This document shows, piece after piece, positions 18,701 through 25,064 of a stretch of DNA of 25,064 bases; within the stretch, counting starts at the first letter, position 1, and every line of letters begins with the position of its first letter. The notes beneath the pieces are model-generated. The model ran no database searches, was not told the DNA's origin, and saw only the letters and a list, made by a program, of their open reading frames with translations. The stretch is from positions 1 to 25,064 of the forward strand of contig JBBIUY010000012.1 in the NCBI GenBank assembly GCA_037440005.1, given 5' to 3'. A program made the position numbers and the translations under genes. This stretch comes from Armatimonadota bacterium. Lineage in GTDB: Bacteria; Sysuimicrobiota; Sysuimicrobiia; Sysuimicrobiales; Kaftiobacteriaceae.

Positions 18701-19620
18701 TCGACCGCGGCCGGCTGCGGGGAATCGTGGTGCCCATGGTCACCCCGCTGGAGTCGGACGGCGCCACCGTGAACGAGCGCGGGGTCCACCAGCTGGTCCG
18801 CTGGCTGATCGCGCAGGGGGTCCACGGCATCTTCGTGGCGGGCACCACGGGAGAAGGGGCGGCCCTGGACGATGCCCAGTGGAAGAAGCTGGTCCGGTCC
18901 GCCGCCGAGGCCGTGGCGGGCCGGGTCCCCCTGCTGGCGGGCGTCCTGGCGCCCACCACGGCCCTGGCCGCGGCGCGGGCCCGGTGGGCGGCGGACCTGG
19001 GGGCGGACGTGGTGGTGGCCGCGGCCCCCTACTACTACGCGTACAGCCCGCGCGAGCTGGTGGCCCACTTCCAGGCGGTGGCGCGGGCCACCGCGCTGCC
19101 CGTCCTGCTCTACAACATCCCCCAGACCACCCGGAATCCCCTGACGGTGGACGTGTGCCGGGAGCTGGCGGAGTCGCCCCAGGTGGTCGGGGTGAAAGAC
19201 TCCTCCGGAGACGTCACCGAGTTCCGGCGGTGGGTGCAGGTCCTGCGGTTCGGGCAGAGGGACTTCCGTCTGCTGTTGGGCACGGACCACCTGACCGACG
19301 TCGCCGTGCTCCTGGGAGCCCAGGGCACGGTGCCCTCCCTCGGCAACATCGCCGGACGGGACCTGGTGGCCGCGTACGAGGCCGCGGTGGCCGGAGACTG
19401 GGCGGCCAGCGCCTCCCACCAGGCGCGGGCGCTCGCCCTGGCCCGCGTGTACCTGGTCAGGCGGGATCACCCCCAGCTGGGCGTCATTGCCGGCCTGAAG
19501 TGCGCCCTGACCCTGATGGGCCTGGAGGTGGGGCCGCCCGCGCCCCCCGCGCTCCCCGCCGACATTGAGGGGAGGCGGCTGGTGGAGTCGGTCCTGCGCG
19601 AGGCGGGAGTGCTGCGCTGA
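18697..19620 (+). CDS. DHDPS/NAL-family aldolase or dehydratase (probably not DapA)
   Basis: GIVVPMVTP, GTTGEG, PYYY, LLYNIPQTT, GVKDSSGD; lacks the DapA Arg after YNxP. Confidence 0.9.
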   Translation: MIDRGRLRGIVVPMVTPLESDGATVNERGVHQLVRWLIAQGVHGIFVAGTTGEGAALDDAQWKKLVRSAAEAVAGRVPLLAGVLAPTTALAAARARWAADLGADVVVAAAPYYYAYSPRELVAHFQAVARATALPVLLYNIPQTTRNPLTVDVCRELAESPQVVGVKDSSGDVTEFRRWVQVLRFGQRDFRLLLGTDHLTDVAVLLGAQGTVPSLGNIAGRDLVAAYEAAVAGDWAASASHQARALALARVYLVRRDHPQLGVIAGLKCALTLMGLEVGPPAPPALPADIEGRRLVESVLREAGVLR

Positions 19621-19624
19621 GGGT

Positions 19625-19658
19625 GCTCGGGTGCGGCCGCCCTCCGCCGTACCCGGGC
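19625..19658. terminator. Hairpin between convergent genes; possible terminator
   Basis: GCTCGGGTGCGGC / GCCGTACCCGGGC, 13 bp with two G-U pairs on the + strand, 8-nt loop; no U-tract. Confidence 0.45.
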
Positions 19659-20303
19659 CTATGCGGCGCGCACGGCGACCAGCAGGCCGTCGCGCAGCGG
19701 CACCACGCTGGCGATCCAGCGCGGGTCGGTGGTCACCATGCGGGTGAACCGGCGGATCCCCTCGGCGGCCGGCGAGCGGTCCCGGGGGTCGAGGACCCGC
19801 CCCTGCCAGAAGGCGTTGTCGGCGATGAGCACCCCGCCCGGCCGCAGCTTATCGGCGATCACCGGCAGCGCCTCCGGGTAGCCCTCCTTGTCGATGTCGT
19901 TGAAGATCAGGTCGAAGGGGCCCGGGGTCTCCCGCAGGGCCTGGACGGCCTCGGCCACCCGGTACTGCACGATGTCCTCATACCCCAGGGCCCGCAGGTG
20001 CCCGCGGGCCCGGCGAGACAGTTCGGCGTCCCACACCACGTGGTAGACGGTGCCGCCGCCGTTCTCCCGGACGGCCCGGGCGAACCAGGCGGTGGAGTAG
20101 CCGTAGCCCGAGCCCATCTCGAAGATGCGGCGGGCGCCGATCAGGCGCGCCACCAGGTAGCAGAACTGCCCCGCCACCGGGCCGATGATCGGGAACCCGG
20201 TGGCGCGGGCGTCGTCTTCCATGGCCTGCAGTTCGGGCGGGCGGGGCGGCACCAGGTCGGCCAGGTACTGACGCAGCTCGGGAGCCACAAGGGCGCCCGT
20301 CAT
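19659..20303 (-). CDS. Class I SAM-dependent O-methyltransferase (CCoAOMT/COMT-like)
   Basis: FEMGSGYGYST, FDLIFNDIDK, GGVLIADN, PLRDGL; GGAGGTG RBS. Confidence 0.92.
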   Translation of the reverse strand: MTGALVAPELRQYLADLVPPRPPELQAMEDDARATGFPIIGPVAGQFCYLVARLIGARRIFEMGSGYGYSTAWFARAVRENGGGTVYHVVWDAELSRRARGHLRALGYEDIVQYRVAEAVQALRETPGPFDLIFNDIDKEGYPEALPVIADKLRPGGVLIADNAFWQGRVLDPRDRSPAAEGIRRFTRMVTTDPRWIASVVPLRDGLLVAVRAA

Positions 20304-20337
20304 GCGGTGCTCACCTCCTGTGTCTCCGGGCGCGGTA

Positions 20338-21270
20338 TCAGGGCGATGGCGCGCCCAGCGCCTCGCGGACCCGGGGCAGGATGACGGCCTCCACGTCGGC
20401 GTCGGTGCGGGGCGGGGGGACGTCGCCGAACAAGAACCACCGCTCCTGGTGGCTGGCGTGGTCGCCGGGGTCCAGAGAGACCAGCGGCCCCAGGGTTTCC
20501 AGCTCCAGCATGGCGTGGTTGCAGAAGACCTCCACGCAGCACCCCAGGTCCGGGTAGCGGGCCCCGGGCACGTGGGTGAACGTCTTGACGAACAGGTGGC
20601 CGGACCGGGCGTACGCCGCCCATCCGTGGGGGGCCAGAACTCCCACCTTCTGCGCAGACGGGCGCGCGGGATCCTGGCGCAGCAGGACGTAGCGCGTGCC
20701 CCAGGTCCAGCGGGGGTCGGCCAGGTCGGTGTACGGCCACAGGGACAGGACTCCCGTGGGCTGCAGGTCCTGCGGGTGGGTTCCCCGGGGCGGCAGGGGG
20801 ACCACCGCCACCCCGCCGGGCGCCATCGCTGTCAGCGCCCACGGAGCCAGCTCGATCGTCCACAGGGCGAGGTTGTGCAGCCGGTGGGTGACGTGCACCT
20901 GCGCTCCGCTGGGCGCGAGGCGGATCTCCAGTTCCTTTTGAATGCCCGTGGAGACTTCCACCGGCTGGAGCAGGCGAACCCCCTCCGGGGACAGGTGGTA
21001 CTCGATCGGGTCGTTGTCGGGCGCGTAGGTCCGGGGCCACTGCTCCGGGGCGTGCCACAGCCTGTGGCCGCCGTAGATCCGCCAGCGGTCGCCTCCGGTG
21101 CGCCCCAGGTCCTCCGGGAATTCCGCGAACTCGTTGGCGGCGCCCCGGAAGCCGAACCGGATCACCCGCGGGCCGATGACGGTGGGGACGATGAGCTCCA
21201 CCTGGTCGTTGGCCAGCCGCAGGCAGTCCGCCCACCCGCCGTAGGCGACCCGCTCGACGGTCACGGCCAC
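20338..21270 (-). CDS. Hypothetical protein, DUF4380-like / galactose-mutarotase-like beta-sandwich
   Basis: GPRVIRF, YGGHRLWHAPE, APWALT, YPDLGC, LELETLGPL; family assignment from recollection of motifs. Confidence 0.7.
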   Translation of the reverse strand: MAVTVERVAYGGWADCLRLANDQVELIVPTVIGPRVIRFGFRGAANEFAEFPEDLGRTGGDRWRIYGGHRLWHAPEQWPRTYAPDNDPIEYHLSPEGVRLLQPVEVSTGIQKELEIRLAPSGAQVHVTHRLHNLALWTIELAPWALTAMAPGGVAVVPLPPRGTHPQDLQPTGVLSLWPYTDLADPRWTWGTRYVLLRQDPARPSAQKVGVLAPHGWAAYARSGHLFVKTFTHVPGARYPDLGCCVEVFCNHAMLELETLGPLVSLDPGDHASHQERWFLFGDVPPPRTDADVEAVILPRVREALGAPSP

Positions 21271-21334
21271 GGGCGGATCTCCGGCCCCGTCGGCCGCCGC
21301 GCGGCCCCGGACGGGCAGATGGTCCTCTGGTCAG

Positions 21335-22477
21335 TCACGGCCTGCCCCCTTCGACCTCCCGGCCTCCTTGCTCCTGCCGGAGGGGCGGGGCCCAGGCGTG
21401 CAGCCGGCGGAGGGCGTGCAGTCGCTCCGGTTCGCCCACCCGGGCCCGCCGCAGGGCGTCCTCCAGCGCGGCGATGGTGCGGTCGTACACCTCCCGGTCC
21501 ACCGGGTACGGGTGACCGTCCTTGCCTCCGTGGGCGAAGGCGAAGCGGGCGGGGTCCCGCCAGGAGGCCGGGGTTCCGGCCAGGACTTCCGACAGCAGCG
21601 CCAGAGCCCGCAGGGTCCTCGCCCCCACGCCGGGCAGGCCCAGCAGCGCCTCGAAGGACGCCGCCTGCGCCCGGTAGGTCTGTTCCAGGGCCCGCTGCAG
21701 CCTGTCGGGATGGATGTCCTGCCTGGGGTCCAGGGCGTGGCGGTGCGGCAGGATCAGGTGCGCCGGAGGGGCCTCCGCCATGCGGCACAGTTCGGCGACC
21801 AGCGCCTCCGGACGCTCCCGGGCGATCCGGGTGATGGCCGCCCGGGCCGGCCCGGATTCGGCCGCCACCAGATTGAGGGTCGGGTCCGTCCAGTCGCAGC
21901 ACACCGCGGCGTGGGGCTCGCACACGAAGCTCTGGACCCGCTCTCCCCACCAGTGGTAGCGGCGGGCCGTGCGGTCGGCCGGGCGCATGCCCTGCTGGAC
22001 CACCGCCCACCGTCCGTCCAGGGTCAGGACGAAGGTGTGGTGGTAGATCTGGTAGCCGTCCTGGACGGCGGCGCTGTCCACCTTGGCCACCAGGCGGCTG
22101 GTGGCGATGAGCCTGTCGGCGTCCACGCCGAACCGGTCGCCGCACCGCCGCAGGTCCTCCGGCGTCTGGCGGGAGGTCCGGCCCTTGCCGCCCGCCACCG
22201 CCAGCCCCACCTCCGCCTCCCGGCCGCGGACGGCTTCCTTGAGGGCGGCGCACACGGTGGTGGTGACCCCGCTGCTGTGCCAGTCAAAGCCCAGCAGGCA
22301 CCCGAAGGCCTGGAACCAGTACGGGTCCGACAGGCGGGCCAGCACCCCGGGCGGGCCGATGTCCTCCACCAGAGCCTCCAGCACGGCCCTCGCCAGGCGG
22401 ACCATGCGTTCAAACAGCCAGCGAGGAGCCCGGCCGCCGTGCAGGGGGAGGGTGGCGGTGCCCGTCCGGCGCATCAT
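21335..22477 (-). CDS. DUF763 family protein with C-terminal helix-hairpin-helix-like segment
   Basis: LPLHGGRAPRWLF, LSDPYWFQAFGC, DWHSSGVTT, GGKG, KVDSAAVQDGYQIYHH, QQGM, RRYHW, LPGVGARTLRALAL, FAHGGKDGHPYPV. Confidence 0.9.
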   Translation of the reverse strand: MMRRTGTATLPLHGGRAPRWLFERMVRLARAVLEALVEDIGPPGVLARLSDPYWFQAFGCLLGFDWHSSGVTTTVCAALKEAVRGREAEVGLAVAGGKGRTSRQTPEDLRRCGDRFGVDADRLIATSRLVAKVDSAAVQDGYQIYHHTFVLTLDGRWAVVQQGMRPADRTARRYHWWGERVQSFVCEPHAAVCCDWTDPTLNLVAAESGPARAAITRIARERPEALVAELCRMAEAPPAHLILPHRHALDPRQDIHPDRLQRALEQTYRAQAASFEALLGLPGVGARTLRALALLSEVLAGTPASWRDPARFAFAHGGKDGHPYPVDREVYDRTIAALEDALRRARVGEPERLHALRRLHAWAPPLRQEQGGREVEGGRP

Positions 22478-22606
22478 CGGTGGATCCCTTTCCAGGATGC
22501 TCGTCCGCCCGGCGCGACACAAGAGGCGGTCGTTGCGCGGCGGTGGCGCAGCCGGTAGCATGGGCCCGTGCCGTCCGGACGACGTGCGGGACGATTGGGG
22601 GTGGGC

Positions 22607-23548
22607 ATGGGCGTGCCGGTCGGACGCCGCTGGCAGGTGGAGATACCCCTGACGGGCCCCGGCGGGGAGCCGGTGGACCTGCGCCGTACCGTGCTGTCTC
22701 ACGGCTGCGCGCTGCTGCCCCCGGCCGACCTGGATGAAGCCGCGGGGATCCTCACCGTGACCCTCCCGGTGGGCGGTACGCCGCGGGTGGTGCGGATCGC
22801 GCCCGGCCGCCCGGGCCATGTCCTGCTGTCGGCGGCCGGGCCGCCCCCCGGAGCCCGGCAGGCGGCGGCGCTGGTGGACGGCGTCCGGCGGCTGCTCCGC
22901 CTGGACGAGGACCTGTCGCCGTTTTACGCCATGGTCCGGGACGACCCCGACCTGTCCTGGGTCACCCGGGGAGCCGGGCGGATGATGCGCAGCGCCTCGG
23001 TCTTCGAAGACGTGGTCAAAACCATCTGCACCACCAACTGCTCCTGGTCGGCGACCGAGCGCATGGTCCGGGCTCTGGTGCAGCACCTGGGCCGCCCGGC
23101 CCCCGGGGCGGCTGCGGGCGACTGGCGCGGCCGCGCATTCCCGACGGCGGAAGCGATGGCCGCGGCGAGGGCGTCCTTTTACCGGGACGTGGTGCGCGCC
23201 GGCTACCGGGGTCCGTACCTGCGGACGCTGGCGCGCATGGTCGCCGACGGCGACGTGGACCTGGAAGCTCTGGGCCGCGCGCGCCCGCACGAGATCCCTG
23301 ACGAGGAGGTGGAGCGCCGGCTGCTGGCCTTGCCCGGCGTGGGCCCGTACGCCGCATCCCACATCATGCTGATGCTGGGCCGGTACTCGCGGCCGATCCT
23401 GGACTCGTGGACGCGGCCGAAGTACGCCCGGCTGGCGGGACGCCGGCGCGTCTCGGACGCCGCCATCCTCAGGCGCTTCCGCCGCTACGGCCCGTATGCC
23501 GGGCTGGCGTTCTGGATGGTCCTCACCCGGGACTGGGTGGAAGACTGA
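22607..23548 (+). CDS. HhH-GPD superfamily DNA glycosylase (AlkA/Ogg-like)
   Basis: FEDVVKTICTTN, FPTAE, GYRG, HhH LLALPGVGPYAA, ILDSW (catalytic Asp), YGPYAGLA; start uncertain (22568-22613). Confidence 0.88.
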   Translation: MGVPVGRRWQVEIPLTGPGGEPVDLRRTVLSHGCALLPPADLDEAAGILTVTLPVGGTPRVVRIAPGRPGHVLLSAAGPPPGARQAAALVDGVRRLLRLDEDLSPFYAMVRDDPDLSWVTRGAGRMMRSASVFEDVVKTICTTNCSWSATERMVRALVQHLGRPAPGAAAGDWRGRAFPTAEAMAAARASFYRDVVRAGYRGPYLRTLARMVADGDVDLEALGRARPHEIPDEEVERRLLALPGVGPYAASHIMLMLGRYSRPILDSWTRPKYARLAGRRRVSDAAILRRFRRYGPYAGLAFWMVLTRDWVED

Positions 23549-23576
23549 CGGCCTGCCCTGGAGACCGTGTTGTTTC

Positions 23577-23606
23577 TTGACAATTCGAAGTAATCCGATA
23601 TATTTT
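23577..23606 (+). promoter_or_regulatory. Sigma70/SigA-type promoter for padR
   Basis: Exact TTGACA at 23577-23582, then TATATT (16-bp spacer) or TATTTT (18-bp spacer), in the most AT-rich stretch of the window. Confidence 0.7.
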
Positions 23607-23699
23607 GAATCTACGGGATAGTCTTTTGTTGTGCGAAATCGACCCGGGTCTACCCGGTTTACGTGCCTTTTCCGAGGTTCACCAGCATGCAAACCCGGC

Positions 23700-23734
23700 G
23701 ACCGGGTAGACCGGGAAGACCGGCTAGACCGTTA
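23700..23734 (+). repeat. Short 9-nt tandem repeat, about four copies
   Basis: GACCGGGTA GACCGGGAA GACCGGCTA GACCGTTA, just upstream of the padR RBS. Confidence 0.7.
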
Positions 23735-23755
23735 GATACGGAGGGGGTGGTTGCC

Positions 23756-24286
23756 GTGTTCGCCCGGCCGTGGATGGGGTTCGGCCCCTTCCGGGAGAGG
23801 CTGTTCGGAAGGGGGGATCTGAAGTTTCTGATCCTGGACCTGCTGAAGGACAGGCCGATGCACGGGTACGACATCATCCGCACCCTGCAGGACCAGTTCG
23901 GGGGATTCTACGCGCCCAGCCCCGGAGCCGTGTACCCGACCCTCCAGATGCTGGAGGACATGGGGTACGTGACCTCCTCGCAGCAGGACGGCAAGAAGGT
24001 GTACGCCATCACCGAGGAAGGACGGCGCTTCCTGTCCCAGCGCCAGGAGGCGGTGGAGGACATCCGCTCGCGGTTCAGCCACTGGTGGGACTGGTGGGGG
24101 CCTGCCTACCGGGAGATGTGGGATCTGTTCCACACCCTCCGGTCCCGGGGGCCCTGGCAGCGGGTCACGCCCGAAAAGCTGCGGAGGATCCGCGAGGTGG
24201 TGGCGCGCGCCCGCCGGGAGATCGAGGCCATTCTCAGAGAGGAGACTCCGGCCGAGGGGTCGGCGTCGGAGCAGGCCCGACAGTAG
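23756..24286 (+). CDS. PadR-family transcriptional regulator
   Basis: RGDLKFLILDLLKDRPMHGYDII, YAPSPGAVYPTLQMLED, KKVYAITEEGR; GGAGGGGG RBS before GTG 23756. Confidence 0.93.
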   Translation: MFARPWMGFGPFRERLFGRGDLKFLILDLLKDRPMHGYDIIRTLQDQFGGFYAPSPGAVYPTLQMLEDMGYVTSSQQDGKKVYAITEEGRRFLSQRQEAVEDIRSRFSHWWDWWGPAYREMWDLFHTLRSRGPWQRVTPEKLRRIREVVARARREIEAILREETPAEGSASEQARQ

Positions 24287-24300
24287 AGGCGTGGAACCGG

Positions 24301-24493
24301 TCACCCGTGGGGGCGGGAGGCCAGCCTGGCCGTCCTTTTCTCCCACAGCATGGCCAGCCACCTGATCCGGTCCCGCCACCGGGGAGACGGGTTGGATCCG
24401 AGGGTCTGCGCGACCAGCCTGTGGCGCGGCTTCCGTCATCGACTCGCGCTGGCGCTCCAGGGCATACCGCTCGGGCTCCCAGATGTTCAGCAT
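24301..24493 (-). pseudogene. Probably frameshifted small hypothetical gene (~64 aa)
   Basis: GGAGG then ATG 24493, MLNIWEPERYALERQRESMTEA; shifting frame near 24426 gives RHRLVAQTLGSNPSPRWRDRIRWLAMLWEKRTARLASRPHG and a stop at 24301-24303, just past the padR stop. Confidence 0.5.
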
Positions 24494-24695
24494 GTGCCGT
24501 CCTCCCGTCGGTGGTGTCGTCCTTACAGATAGATAGCCCGGGCCGTCCCGGCCCCGCCGTGACACCGGTCACGGGGGAGGTGTGAAGCCTGCCACAGGGA
24601 GTCCATCCCTCCGCCGCGGGATCCGGAAGGGGAACGCCGGCCAACCGTCGCACTACTGTAGTGCGGTCGACGGCTGGCCGGGAGGGGGTGCGCCC

Positions 24696-24728
24696 GTGGC
24701 AAAGAAGAAGGGCAAGAAGAAGATGTAA
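24696..24728 (+). CDS. Possible micro-ORF MAKKKGKKKM
   Basis: GGAGGGGG at 24681-24688, GTG 7 nt later, six AAG codons, TAA, followed by a 12-bp hairpin. Confidence 0.4.
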   Translation: MAKKKGKKKM

Positions 24729-24732
24729 GTGA

Positions 24733-24760
24733 GCGCGGGGGAGGCGATCCTCCCCCGCGC
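24733..24760. terminator. Perfect 12-bp GC-rich hairpin, possibly a bidirectional terminator
   Basis: GCGCGGGGGAGG-CGAT-CCTCCCCCGCGC between the micro-ORF (+) and the tRNA-like 3' end (-); no long U-tract. Confidence 0.55.
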
Positions 24761-24772
24761 GTCGTCTCCTCG

Positions 24773-24807
24773 ATCCTGGTGGGCCCTCTCCAATCCTGGT
24801 GGGCCCT
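24773..24807. repeat. 15-bp direct repeat of the tRNA 3' end, period 20
   Basis: ATCCTGGTGGGCCCT at 24773-24787 and 24793-24807. Confidence 0.9.
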
Positions 24808-24827
24808 GAGGGACTCGAACCCCCGAC
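24797..24827 (-). tRNA. 3' fragment of a tRNA (variable-loop end, T-arm, acceptor 3' strand, A73, CCA); Lys/Ile-like, isotype not determinable
   Basis: Minus strand GTC-GGGGG-TTCGAGT-CCCTC-AGGGCCC-A-CCA; no canonical anticodon arm, D-arm or matching 5' end directly upstream. Confidence 0.75.
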
Positions 24828-25064
24828 GCGTCGCTCGGCGCGATCCCCGGGTGCCTATTGCACCCGGGGCCCTCACAGGAAGATTGATCGCGCCTTCGCT
24901 CCACCTGAGGGGCTCCGCCCCTCGGTCGGAATCGCTTCGCGATTCCTGTCACCCCGACTACATAGGGGAGGTCCCTCCCCTATGACCCCTCGGCGTCGGG
25001 GGTTCGTTCTCCATACCACCACGAATGGGCGGGGCGTCGAGAACTGCACTCTCCACCCCGCCCA
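24816..25064. other. Dense multi-hairpin non-coding element attached to the tRNA fragment
   Basis: 14-bp inverted repeat 24816-24829/24993-25006 enclosing stems 24837-45/24886-94, 24845-69, 24907-23, 24928-46, 24961-84; a further stem at 25026-34/25056-64. Confidence 0.7.

Noticed and set aside
18697..19620. Calling the DHDPS-family gene dapA
   Set aside because: Lacks the DapA Arg (YNIPQTT) and sits in a catabolic operon without lysine-pathway genes
22478..23692. 785-aa ORF suggesting a long N-terminal extension or fusion of DUF763
   Set aside because: The upstream part is antisense to the glycosylase; DUF763 motifs begin at MMRRTG (22477)
24688..24732. Alternative micro-ORF MRPWQRRRARRRCK
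   Set aside because: Its start overlaps the Shine-Dalgarno sequence and it relies on AGA codons that are rare in this DNA; the Lys frame has proper spacing
23700..24807. CRISPR array from the short repeats
   Set aside because: The 9-nt units have no spacers and the 15-nt repeat has two copies 5 nt apart; no cas genes
24797..25064. tmRNA, RNase P RNA, group II intron or complete tRNA
   Set aside because: The acceptor strand has C70 (no G3-U70); no RNase P GAGGAAAGUCC motif; no recognisable domain V; no canonical anticodon or D-arm adjoining the T-arm

Overview
Very GC-rich bacterial DNA; gene content suggests a thermophilic Terrabacteria-type lineage such as Armatimonadota or Chloroflexota (weak inference). 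Left end: a small Cys-containing hypothetical gene divergent from an archaeal-style ATP-dependent DNA ligase, followed by a monofunctional proline dehydrogenase whose substrate-specificity Tyr appears replaced by Ala. Centre (3140-19620): a LacI-associated sugar catabolic locus. Its leftward arm is lacI, an FSA-type aldolase and a PfkB kinase. Its rightward arm is an L-fucose/D-arabinose isomerase family gene, ribulokinase, an ABC binding protein with two permeases, AKR, SDR, a second binding protein with no signal peptide, TctCBA and a non-DapA DHDPS-family enzyme. Two matching LacI-type operators are visible. Right part: O-methyltransferase, a DUF4380-like protein, DUF763 divergent from an HhH-GPD glycosylase, and a PadR regulator with a sigma70-like promoter and structured leader. 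The last ~780 bp hold a probably frameshifted small ORF, a possible 10-aa lysine-rich micro-ORF between two hairpins, and a tRNA 3' portion (T-arm, acceptor strand, CCA) joined to ~240 nt of dense, unexplained hairpin structure containing an inverted copy of part of the T-arm. No CRISPR array, rRNA or transposase was seen. All calls come from reading motifs; no searches were run.
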